A stretch of 18,651 nucleotides of DNA, from NCBI GenBank assembly GCA_027451365.1, contig DAIDJN010000044.1, positions 1-18,651 on the forward strand. The letters run 5' to 3'. The stretch's first letter is position 1, and each line of letters starts with the position of its first letter. Below the pieces are notes generated by a model that was not told where the DNA came from, did not search any database, and was given only the letters and a program-made list of their open reading frames with translations. This document shows positions 1-8,705 of the stretch, piece after piece. The position numbers and the translations under genes are program-made. Source of the stretch: Phycisphaerales bacterium. GTDB taxonomy: Bacteria; Planctomycetota; Phycisphaerae; WQYP01.

Positions 1-72
1 CAAGACGCTCACCGGGCCAACATCGCAACTGCCGAATCAGCCCCAGCCGCAGCGGAAAAATCCGCCGCGTAA
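1..72 (+). CDS. Probable 3' end of an unidentified CDS (partial)
   Basis: Frame 1 is open from base 1 to TAA at 70-72 and reads QDAHRANIATAESAPAAAEKSAA*, an Ala-rich tail typical of protein C-termini. Too short to identify. Confidence 0.35.
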   Translation, partial: QDAHRANIATAESAPAAAEKSAA

Positions 73-437
73 AAACGCGGCCCAGAGACCCGGCCCAGAG
101 ACGCGGACGACCCGCAACCTGCCAGAATCAAAATCGCCAAATCGTCGACCGCCCGTCCGACCCCAGCAGTTGAAATTTAAAACAAAACACACAGCCCGAG
201 CCTACCTGCACTTCGCGGGACGTTTACGAATCTGCTCGCGGTGTTGTATAGCCACGCAACGTCCATATATCTTTTATTGGGTGGCCGGGGCGGATGTACC
301 AGTTAGCAGCCGGATTGGTGTAAATGATCGGCGTATATTCGGACGCGGTTTTGGTGATGGGACCTGCGCGGTGAGCATTTTTTTGGAGAGCAGGCGGCCC
401 AATCTGGTCAGGGGCTGAAATTGCCCCGGGACCGAAA

Positions 438-528
438 CGGAGAGAGCGGGATTTGAACCCGCGGTACAGGTTTAAGCCCGTACACCGGTTTAGCAAACCG
501 GCGCCTTAAGCCGCTCGGCCATCTCTCC
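438..528 (-). tRNA. tRNA-Ser (anticodon GCT), long variable arm, CCA not encoded
   Basis: Reverse complement is GGAGAGATGGCCGAGCGGCTTAAGGCGCCGGTTTGCTAAACCGGTGTACGGGCTTAAACCTGTACCGCGGGTTCAAATCCCGCTCTCTCCG. It shows an acceptor stem GGAGAGA/TCTCTCC, anticodon stem CCGGT/ACCGG with loop TT-GCT-AA, a long variable stem, a T-arm GCGGG-TTCAAAT-CCCGC and a G discriminator. Confidence 0.97.
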
Positions 529-542
529 GAAAAGCAGGCCCA

Positions 543-571
543 ACAGTATCGGTTGGGCACGGGAAAGTCAA
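543..571 (-). promoter_or_regulatory. Putative sigma70-type promoter of tRNA-Ser
   Basis: Minus strand reads TTGACT (571-566), a 17-nt spacer, then TACTGT (548-543), about 15 nt upstream of the tRNA 5' end. Confidence 0.55.
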
Positions 572-788
572 TGTTATCAGTGATCGATCAACCGCAAACA
601 TCGAACCACTGGAAATTTTACCACAGAGTCTGTCAACGGGTGCGGACGACGGCCAGGTCGACGGCGGCTTTTACAAGCCCGACCACAGTGAATAATGGGG
701 GGCTTTGGAGGTAATCAGCGATGGCCCGCCCCCGGGGACTTTCAGCAAATCTGTCGCGGATTACGATGCAAATAGGTATCCTGCAGCG

Positions 789-1910
789 TTATGGGGTTTT
801 CACGGGTTGTCGGTTTGTACCCATTGCGCGGTTGATGGAGGCGGGATGCTGGGCGTACCAAGCGAAAAGCAGGCTGTAATCAACCGGGGCTTTTTGTGGC
901 GAAAGGACCGTGGCGGTTTGCCACTGAATGCCCGTCCAGCATTGCAGCACCACCTGTTGCCCGGAAATTTGCAGATGCACCAATTGATCGGGTGATTTTT
1001 TTGCGAAAAGCGTATGGAAAAAAATCGGATGCCAGCGGCCTTTCAGCCAAATCGCCAGAAGCCGACTTTTAAGATTCAAATCAGGTGTGTCCTTGCCCGC
1101 TTTCCACAAGGGTTGAATTGGAAAGCGTAAATCTCCCGGCTGTCCATAAGAAGATGCATACGGGGCTTTGCGGTACGCGGCCCAGAGCCTGCGGTTTCCG
1201 GCAATCATTTTCGTATGTGGATACATGCTTTTCCAGACACCCCAGCTTACCACCTGACAGGGCAACGGCGTAAGCCGAAAGCCGGCGGCCGCAGCCGGGC
1301 CGGCAATGGCCTTTCCCGTGATCTGGCTCCACAGGCTCTGGTGTGCACGTGGAACGGCGTGGTTGTACAGCAGCAAATTCGCGTTATACACTAATCCGCT
1401 GTAACCAAAGGTAAAGATTTTTCCCTTTACAACCCGGCTGTAGACAGCGGCGGAATCGCAAAATCCGTCGTAACTGACGAGGATCGGTTTGCCCCCCAGG
1501 CGGTCATCCACAACCTCATGCCAGTTAAGCATCGGAAGTGGATAGGCGCGGGCGACACCATTGATTACAACGCCAATCACGCGGTCGGGGTCTTGAATAA
1601 AGCCGCCAGCGTCGCGCCGGGCGTCGTTAATGCGGGCGGCGCGTTGAATGGAAAGAAGTTTTGGATGAATCAGTGCCGGCAGGCCGTTTTTCACATTGCC
1701 GGACCCATGAATCAGCCGCAGCGGCACCAGGCAGGGATGCAGATTAAATTCGTAACTCGCGGTGTGCACGCCATCGCCAATGGTGCGGCCAAAATCACCA
1801 CGTTCCAGGGGAAGAACGATATCTTTCACAATCAGGCCAGCCGTAAGTGCGCCAAACAGGACGAAAATCCAAAGGCCGCTGGAAAAGAATCTGACGATCA
1901 GGTGTTTCAT
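789..1910 (-). CDS. DUF3179 domain-containing membrane-anchored protein
   Basis: 373 aa with an N-terminal hydrophobic helix. Motifs GLPAL..P, RVIGVVINGVARAYP...WHEVVDD, FGYSGLVYNANLLLY, SLWSQITGKAIAGP and W..WK..YP.T match my recollection of DUF3179. Confidence 0.85.
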   Translation of the reverse strand: MKHLIVRFFSSGLWIFVLFGALTAGLIVKDIVLPLERGDFGRTIGDGVHTASYEFNLHPCLVPLRLIHGSGNVKNGLPALIHPKLLSIQRAARINDARRDAGGFIQDPDRVIGVVINGVARAYPLPMLNWHEVVDDRLGGKPILVSYDGFCDSAAVYSRVVKGKIFTFGYSGLVYNANLLLYNHAVPRAHQSLWSQITGKAIAGPAAAAGFRLTPLPCQVVSWGVWKSMYPHTKMIAGNRRLWAAYRKAPYASSYGQPGDLRFPIQPLWKAGKDTPDLNLKSRLLAIWLKGRWHPIFFHTLFAKKSPDQLVHLQISGQQVVLQCWTGIQWQTATVLSPQKAPVDYSLLFAWYAQHPASINRAMGTNRQPVKTP

Positions 1911-1969
1911 TGGTCGAGTTCTTCAAAATACGCTCCGGCGCGGCCAACGGACGCGGTCGGGTCAAAATG

Positions 1970-2518
1970 TCACGGTCCTTCCGGGGCGGGAACCTGTGGC
2001 ACCGGGCCATCCAGCTTAAGGTCGAAATGGCGGCGATAGGTTTCAAACAGGCTCATGAATTCACTGTTGAACACGAAATTGAATTCCGGAAATTTCATGC
2101 CCTTCATGTTCTGGTCGATGTGGGAAAACATCATATCCACTTCACCGACGGGCAATTCGACGGGATGACCTTCGGCATTGGTGCAGCGCACGCGGATTTT
2201 ACCGCTGATGGATGCGCCCATTTCATTGACCTGACTGATGCAGGCATCGTAGACAATCTGTTCCCCTGGCCGAACGAGCCGCTGAAAAGAGGCCTTGCCA
2301 ATTTTGGCCAGGATTACCTTTTCCCTGAAATCACGAGCCGCCCCAACCAGAATGCCGCTGGTTTGGGCCATGCCTTCGATCATGAGGCTGGCGGGCATGA
2401 CGGGAAAGCCCGGGAAATGGTCATGCAGATGGTCTTCGGCAAGGCTGACATTTTTAATGGCCACGGCGCGCTGGCCCGGTTCGAAAATTTCAAATCGGTC
2501 AATCCAAATCCACCGCAT
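1970..2518 (-). CDS. fabZ: 3-hydroxyacyl-ACP dehydratase, FabZ/FabA hot-dog family
   Basis: Start re-called at ATG 2518 (MRWIWIDRF), with a GGAG RBS at 2530-2527. Contains KNVSLAEDHLHDHFPGFPVMPASLMIEGMAQ (catalytic His/Glu motif) and F...VRPG. Confidence 0.85.
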   Translation of the reverse strand: MRWIWIDRFEIFEPGQRAVAIKNVSLAEDHLHDHFPGFPVMPASLMIEGMAQTSGILVGAARDFREKVILAKIGKASFQRLVRPGEQIVYDACISQVNEMGASISGKIRVRCTNAEGHPVELPVGEVDMMFSHIDQNMKGMKFPEFNFVFNSEFMSLFETYRRHFDLKLDGPVPQVPAPEGP

Positions 2519-2599
2519 CGCATATGCTCCTAGTCGAGATTGTACCCGCCCCGTCGTCCGCGGGCGCTCCAGGCGGGCGGGTATATGCGGGAGTTGGAA

Positions 2600-2633
2600 T
2601 AAAAACAACCGCAGGGGCGTGCCCTGCGGTTGT
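2600..2633 (-). terminator. Intrinsic terminator downstream of gap
   Basis: Perfect 12-bp stem ACAACCGCAGGG (2605-2616) / CCCTGCGGTTGT (2622-2633) with a 5-nt loop, followed on the minus strand by a T-tract. Confidence 0.85.
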
Positions 2634-2662
2634 AATGCTGATAAAGATCGATGAAGGGGGGC

Positions 2663-3718
<1,056 letters not shown>

Positions 3719-3768
3719 TTACACCTGCAAAGCCTTCCACAGGCCCGCCGGTACGCCAAACCAAGCGG

Positions 3769-3774
3769 ATTATA
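3769..3774 (-). promoter_or_regulatory. Candidate -10 box for gap
   Basis: Perfect TATAAT on the minus strand about 85 nt upstream of the gap start. No convincing -35 box at 17-nt spacing. Confidence 0.4.
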
Positions 3775-4044
3775 GTAGCGGTTTGCGGGTTTAGCGCCAA
3801 ATGGCCGCAATTGTGAGAATGGGTTCAGGTTTCGGGTTTGGCCATTGTGTTTGGCAAACAACAAGAATTGGCAATTGTCCGGCAATCCCGGCGGCACGGC
3901 GCGAGCATTTTAGCGTTTGCATCCGCTTTCCTGCCACAAATATGGAAGTACATTTGGGATTGGCCACCTGTGCGGGACAAAAATACCACAAAACTACCCT
4001 GAAAGCCTCAATTCCGGTAAAGTAAAATAAGAAAGAGTGTGTGC

Positions 4045-4692
4045 ATGGCGTTGTTTTCATTTTTTCAGAAAGATAAGCCGCCGACCGGGCCAGAAGGCGG
4101 CCCGCTGACGGCCGAACATCATGCGCTTATCGGCGAGGCTCGCCTGCGCGCCAATGCGGTACTGCGGGCAGCGCATGTGGCGCATCGGCAGATGATTGGC
4201 CTGGTGTTGATGGGTGTGCCGACCATCATGCTGGCATTTTTTGGCGGATTCAGCCTGACAGGGCTGGTGATGGGGCTTTGGATGACGGTGGCCGGCGTAT
4301 TGGAAGGAATGGGCGAAGCACGAATACGGCGGCTGCATCCACAGGTGCTCAAAACACTGTGCATTAATCAACTGGCGCTGGGGGCGATGTTTGTGGTAAT
4401 CAGTGCGTGGTGGATGCTGCAGGTAAAACTGGGCTGGGATGATAAGCAGTTGGGCCAAACCAGCGCTGGTATAAGCCAATTGGTGGGCGGAGCCGGAACG
4501 GCGTCGTCGCCCATGCTTACGTCCACGTTTCATCTGGTGGCCTACGCGGCGTATGGCAGCGTTTTTGTGGGCGGCCTGCTGGAATGCGGGCTGACAGCGC
4601 TGTATTACCGGTACCGTGCCAGACAGCTTGAAAAATATCTGGCCGAAACGCCGGATTGGATCGTGGCCATGCATCATTCCGGTGCTCTTTAA
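4045..4692 (+). CDS. Hypothetical integral membrane protein (about 4 TM segments)
   Basis: ATG at 4045 (MALFSFFQK), 215 aa. Hydrophobic stretches IGLVLMGVPTIMLAFF, LTGLVMGLWMTVAGVL, LALGAMFVVISAWWML and LVAYAAYGSVFVGGLL. Co-oriented with rnpA-yidD. Confidence 0.7.
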   Translation: MALFSFFQKDKPPTGPEGGPLTAEHHALIGEARLRANAVLRAAHVAHRQMIGLVLMGVPTIMLAFFGGFSLTGLVMGLWMTVAGVLEGMGEARIRRLHPQVLKTLCINQLALGAMFVVISAWWMLQVKLGWDDKQLGQTSAGISQLVGGAGTASSPMLTSTFHLVAYAAYGSVFVGGLLECGLTALYYRYRARQLEKYLAETPDWIVAMHHSGAL

Positions 4693-4803
4693 CGGTTTGC
4701 CGCCATTGGTATGATGCCTGAAAATACACTCCTGTGCATCGGCAAATGACTTTGGATTCCCGGCCACAGGTCACGCAAACCCGGCGAAAGCCGGGAGAAT
4801 TAT

Positions 4804-5196
4804 ATGAATGAACCGATTCCACCCGCTGAGCCATCGGACTCATCGCAATGCGCAAGCGCGAAAGGGGTGTCGTTGAATTTTTCGGCGAGGCGGCGATTGA
4901 AAGGCAAAACCCGCATTGACCGCGCCTATAAAACGGGTCTGCGGCGGCATCATCATCCGATTATGGCCTGCCTGGTTCGCCGGGCAGACAACGCGCCATC
5001 GCGCGTGGCGGTGTCGATGGGGCGAAAATGCGGCAATGCTGTGCAGCGAAATGCAATCCGGCGACGGATTCGGGAAGGGTATCGTCTGGCACAGCATGAT
5101 TTTCCGGCGGGACTGGATGTTCTGCTGGTCGTTCGGCCGCATAAAATTCTGACTGTTTTGGAATATCAACAGCGCCTGCATACACTGCTGTTATGA
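4804..5196 (+). CDS. rnpA: Ribonuclease P protein component
   Basis: F...RRL, SRVAVSMGRKCGNAVQRNAIRRRIREGYRL (RNR-type motif) and LDVLLVVR. GGAG RBS upstream; adjacent to yidD. Confidence 0.92.
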   Translation: MNEPIPPAEPSDSSQCASAKGVSLNFSARRRLKGKTRIDRAYKTGLRRHHHPIMACLVRRADNAPSRVAVSMGRKCGNAVQRNAIRRRIREGYRLAQHDFPAGLDVLLVVRPHKILTVLEYQQRLHTLLL

Positions 5197-5211
5197 AGGA
5201 ACCGTGCGAAT

Positions 5212-5571
5212 ATGGATAACCAAAATAGGTCAAAACAACTGTCACTTCGTGGCCAGTACCCGGTTGCGACAGAGGGCGATCGAATTCCGCGCGGTCGCAT
5301 CGCCTTGATAATAGACGAACTTGATAAGCTGCTGTATGCGGCACTGAAGCAGCTCTTAATTTTTCCTATAAAAGTTTACCAAGTCACACTTTCCCCGCTG
5401 ATCGGCGGGCAGTGCCGGCATTGGCCGACCTGCAGCCGTTATGCCATAGAAGCAATCGAGCGCCATGGCCCGTTTTACGGTTTGTGGCTTGCGCTTTGGC
5501 GGATCGCTCGCTGCAATCCGTTCTTCCACGGAGGCATGGACCCCGTGCCGCCGGCGCGGGTAAAAAAATAG
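5212..5571 (+). CDS. yidD: Membrane protein insertion efficiency factor YidD
   Basis: [11 protein letters not shown]...[19 protein letters not shown]...[14 protein letters not shown] signature. AAGGA RBS upstream; N-terminal extension of about 40 aa. Confidence 0.93.
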   Translation: MDNQNRSKQLSLRGQYPVATEGDRIPRGRIALIIDELDKLLYAALKQLLIFPIKVYQVTLSPLIGGQCRHWPTCSRYAIEAIERHGPFYGLWLALWRIARCNPFFHGGMDPVPPARVKK

Positions 5572-5617
5572 GGACGTGCCGGTATGCGGGCCGCTGGGCC
5601 GATTTGGTCGAGATGTC

Positions 5618-6556
5618 TTATTCGCGCAGGCGGCCGCTGTCGGTCACGCCAAGATTGCGGTAAATCGCCAGCGTGGCGTCCGAGTGGTTAAGGGTATAAA
5701 AGTGCAGTCCGCGAACATCGTGGTCCAAAAGGTCACGGCATTGTTCGGTGGCCCAATGCACGCCGACACGTTTGACGGCGTCCGGGTCGTTACCGCAGCG
5801 TTGAATGGCCCGCAACAGTTTTGCCGGGTAATGGGCACCGAGTGCCAATTCGGCCATTCGCGTAATGCCGCTGACGGATGTAATAGGCATAATGCCCGCG
5901 ATAATCGGCACCTTGATGCCGGCGAGTACACAGCGTTCGCGGAAATCGTAAAAATCGTGGTTATCAAAGAAAAGTTGCGTGCATATATAGTCCGCTCCGG
6001 CGTCCACTTTGGCTTTCAGAAAATCCATTTCACGCAGGCGGTTGGGCGTGGAAGGATGACCCTCCGGAAAACCGGCCACGCCTATGCCAAAGCCGCGCGG
6101 GTCGGTACCCGGAAACCCGGTGGCGTGGCGCAAATTAAATTGACGGATAAACGCAACCAGGTCAGCGGCATGCTGGAAGGCATCATCTTCACGCCGATAG
6201 CCGGCCAAGCCTTTCGGGGCATCGCCACCGAGAGCCAGAATGTTTCCCACACCGGCTTGGGCATACCGGGCCAGAATATCGGCAACTTCAGCTTGACTAT
6301 GGCAGACACAGGTCAGATGCGGCACAGGGTCCAAGCTGGTGCGCTGTTTTATTTTAAGCACCAGGGCATGGGTCAGTTCGCGGGTGGACCCGCCGGCACC
6401 GTAGGTTACCGATACAAACGATGGTTTTAGCGATTCAAGCTGGGCAATGTGGGCGAAGAGTGTTTCAGCGACCTGGTCATTTTTGGGCGGAAAAAATTCA
6501 AAGGAGAACGTGGTTCTGTCGCGCTGGAAGATATCGGTGATGTGCATAGCATTCAT
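5618..6556 (-). CDS. metF: 5,10-methylenetetrahydrofolate reductase
   Basis: Motifs FSFEFFPPK, FVSVTYGAGGS, PHLTC, ILALGGD, FPEGHP, KVDAGAD, TQLFFD, GIMPI and LHFYTLN. The start could alternatively be ATG 6547. Confidence 0.97.
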   Translation of the reverse strand: MNAMHITDIFQRDRTTFSFEFFPPKNDQVAETLFAHIAQLESLKPSFVSVTYGAGGSTRELTHALVLKIKQRTSLDPVPHLTCVCHSQAEVADILARYAQAGVGNILALGGDAPKGLAGYRREDDAFQHAADLVAFIRQFNLRHATGFPGTDPRGFGIGVAGFPEGHPSTPNRLREMDFLKAKVDAGADYICTQLFFDNHDFYDFRERCVLAGIKVPIIAGIMPITSVSGITRMAELALGAHYPAKLLRAIQRCGNDPDAVKRVGVHWATEQCRDLLDHDVRGLHFYTLNHSDATLAIYRNLGVTDSGRLRE

Positions 6557-6559
6557 CCT

Positions 6560-6605
6560 TTAATCCGGATTAACTGATGATATCTTGTTCAGGCGAAAAA
6601 TGCAA
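6560..6605 (-). promoter_or_regulatory. metF promoter with a 14-bp palindrome at the predicted start site
   Basis: TTGCAT (6605-6600), 17-nt spacer, TATCAT (6582-6577). The perfect palindrome TTAATCCGGATTAA lies at 6560-6573. Confidence 0.6.
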
Positions 6606-7095
6606 ATAGGCCGCGACGCGGCGAATTGGCGGACGGTCCTCCGGTTCCTGTGCCCCCGCCCCGGCGGCCGACACAATTGGTACCAAAACCGGCATCACCT
6701 GCCCCAAAAAGAAAATTCATCCGCACGGCCAATCCGCGGGCTGCGCCAAGTGGCGCAACTCTGTAAACACTATGGCCAGATGATGGCCGATCTTGCCGCC
6801 AATTATACCCCAGGGGTACACATAATGGGACATTTTCCATGGGATGGGTTAGATGAGAATTGGTATAAGACTTTTGCGCGTCTTTTGGCGCGGCGGAACG
6901 ACCGCAGGGTGCGATCCAACTCCATTTCTCCCATTATTGCCGCCCGCGGATAAACTTGCGGCGGGATTCGTTGCCGCTATTCATGGCGCAATCAATCGCG
7001 TTTTTCGCGTTTGTCGGCGCGGTTCGACGCAGTGCGCCGGTCACAATGCCTTTTTATCTATAGCGTGGCGTTGGCACATCCGATTCATCTGGTGA

Positions 7096-7143
7096 AATGG
7101 GCGAAAGAGTTTCGCATCGCCCATTGATTTGCCTTTCTTCTTG
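7096..7143 (+). terminator. Terminator-like hairpin in the metF / glycosidase intergenic region
   Basis: 9-bp stem AATGGGCGA (7096-7104) / TCGCCCATT (7117-7125), followed by the T-rich GATTTGCCTTTCTTCTT. Confidence 0.4.
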
Positions 7144-7158
7144 TGCGGGGGGTACACT
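7129..7158 (+). promoter_or_regulatory. Candidate promoter for the GH63-like gene
   Basis: TTGCCT (7129-7134), 18-nt spacer, TACACT (7153-7158). Confidence 0.35.
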
Positions 7159-7231
7159 TGGTCCTGAGTCAGGGCTGATGTCAGGCCGTGAAAGGGTGTC
7201 GCACTGTCAGCTTAAGATTTAGAGAATAAAC

Positions 7232-8575
7232 GTGAAGCGAAAAATAATTCGTGTCGCAGTTGGGCTGCTTGCAATGTTCATTGTGGCTCGCAGCGCGGCC
7301 GGGCAAAACGAGATTGTCCGCGCCGCGGCAACGCTTCGGACGATGGGCGGCCATTCCAGCTTTTCGAGTCGGCGGTTGGCTGCCTATGCGCTGCAAAATC
7401 GACTTCAGAGGGCCATTGCTAAAGCCGGCTGGTGGCAACAGATTGTCCGAAAACCTAATGGCCAGTTGCATCATAAGTACCTGATTCCAGGTGCCGCTTA
7501 CTTCCAACTCTTTGACTGGGACACTTACTTTATGGGCGTGGCTCTTAGCTGCGCCCATCGGGGCGAAAGCTTGGCGGGTTCAGTGAAGGATTTTCTTCAC
7601 TTTACCGACGGCCACTGGTCTTACCGCGGATATACTCCGCGCATAGTGGCCGGACGGCATATGTGGGCACTGCCCGAAATGTGCAAGCCATTTCTTGCAC
7701 AAATGGCGCTCCGGGCAAGCCTGACATTGCACAGCGCAGCCTGGCTAAGGCCTTATTATCCGCGTCTTGCCGATACGCTGTGGTATTGGCGACATGCCCG
7801 ACGATCGCCCGACCGGCTGTTTACATGGTTTGACGGTGTGGAAAGCGGGGTGGATGACAGCGCCGCGATTATCAGCGTACCGGCGGACGGCACGGAAGGC
7901 GTGGATTTGGCCTGTTACATTTACCGCGAATATCGTGCTATGGCGGACCTGGCGAGCCTGCTGGGAAAACCCGCTGATGTTCAGCGCTATAAGCGGCATG
8001 CCGCGAAGCTCAAAGCGCTGATTCAAAAGCGGTTATGGGACAACAAGGCCGGTACATTTTACAACCGGAACAGTCGTACAGGCGCATTTATCCGCGTCCC
8101 GGAATGGACCAACCTGGTGCCGCTTTGGGCACATGTGGCCACAAAACGGCAGGCGCAAATTATGATCACGCGTTATGTGCTTAATCCGCGTGAGTTCTGG
8201 ACACCTTTCGGAATACGCAGCCTTGCGCCGGAAAGTCCGCTTTACCACCCGGTTCATGGGTATTGGCAGGGACCTATCTGGATAGTTACCGATTACATGG
8301 TCATGCATGGCTTAATGAATTACGGCTACGCTTCGCAAGCGAGACTTCTGGCCACGGACACGGCGGATACGCTGTTACACGATATCAATGCAACCGGCGG
8401 AATGCACGAAACGTATAACCCGAATACCGGCACCGGCCAAAATGATGGCTTCTTTAAAAGCTGGGATTTGCTGGGGGCTTTCATGATTCAGGAAGCGTAT
8501 GCCGGGCAGAATGCCGCGGGCATCCCTTCTGTGAAAAAAACCGAGGGCATCATGAACAAGAAAGGTCCGCGTTAG
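7232..8575 (+). CDS. Secreted (alpha/alpha)6-barrel glycosidase, MGH1/GH63-trehalase-like
   Basis: GTG start and Sec-type signal MKRKIIRVAVGLLAMFIVARSAAG. Motifs LFDWDTYF, KPFLAQ, ESGVDDS, YWQGPIW and MHETYNP are typical of GH63/GH37-like enzymes. Confidence 0.82.
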   Translation: MKRKIIRVAVGLLAMFIVARSAAGQNEIVRAAATLRTMGGHSSFSSRRLAAYALQNRLQRAIAKAGWWQQIVRKPNGQLHHKYLIPGAAYFQLFDWDTYFMGVALSCAHRGESLAGSVKDFLHFTDGHWSYRGYTPRIVAGRHMWALPEMCKPFLAQMALRASLTLHSAAWLRPYYPRLADTLWYWRHARRSPDRLFTWFDGVESGVDDSAAIISVPADGTEGVDLACYIYREYRAMADLASLLGKPADVQRYKRHAAKLKALIQKRLWDNKAGTFYNRNSRTGAFIRVPEWTNLVPLWAHVATKRQAQIMITRYVLNPREFWTPFGIRSLAPESPLYHPVHGYWQGPIWIVTDYMVMHGLMNYGYASQARLLATDTADTLLHDINATGGMHETYNPNTGTGQNDGFFKSWDLLGAFMIQEAYAGQNAAGIPSVKKTEGIMNKKGPR

Positions 8576-8705
8576 AGTTGTCGGAGCGGCCGCTGCTGCA
8601 TGTGACTGCTGTGGCCTATACCCGCGAGAGTATCCATTTCCTGCATTCACCAAACAGCGGTGTCGAAGCGACAAATCCCGAAGGACGCAGCGATCATCCT
8701 TTCCC

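Noticed and set aside
78..102. Tandem 12-mer CGGCCCAGAGAC twice (78-89, 91-102)
   Set aside because: Only two copies with a 1-nt gap and no spacers; not a CRISPR array, most likely a slippage duplication.
73..437. Possible integrative element at the tRNA-Ser 3' end, plus ORFs 170-418 and 224-496
   Set aside because: No duplicated tRNA 3' end or integrase in the window. The ORFs lack recognisable motifs, and one overlaps the tRNA.
6574..6600. Hammerhead-like CTGATGA...GAAA (and CTGATGT...GAAA at 7175-7193)
   Set aside because: Stem II cannot form with the required closing pair, flanking stems I and III are absent, and the first site is explained by the metF promoter.
6557..6800. SAM or SAH riboswitch upstream of metF
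   Set aside because: No SAM-I (ATCAAGAG...GCAACC...GTGC) or SAH (GAGGAGCGCTGC) core found by eye, and a proximal promoter leaves almost no leader.
6585..6953. 122-aa plus-strand ORF in the metF intergenic region
   Set aside because: TTG start inside the metF promoter, no RBS and no recognisable domain; kept only as part of the unexplained intergenic finding.
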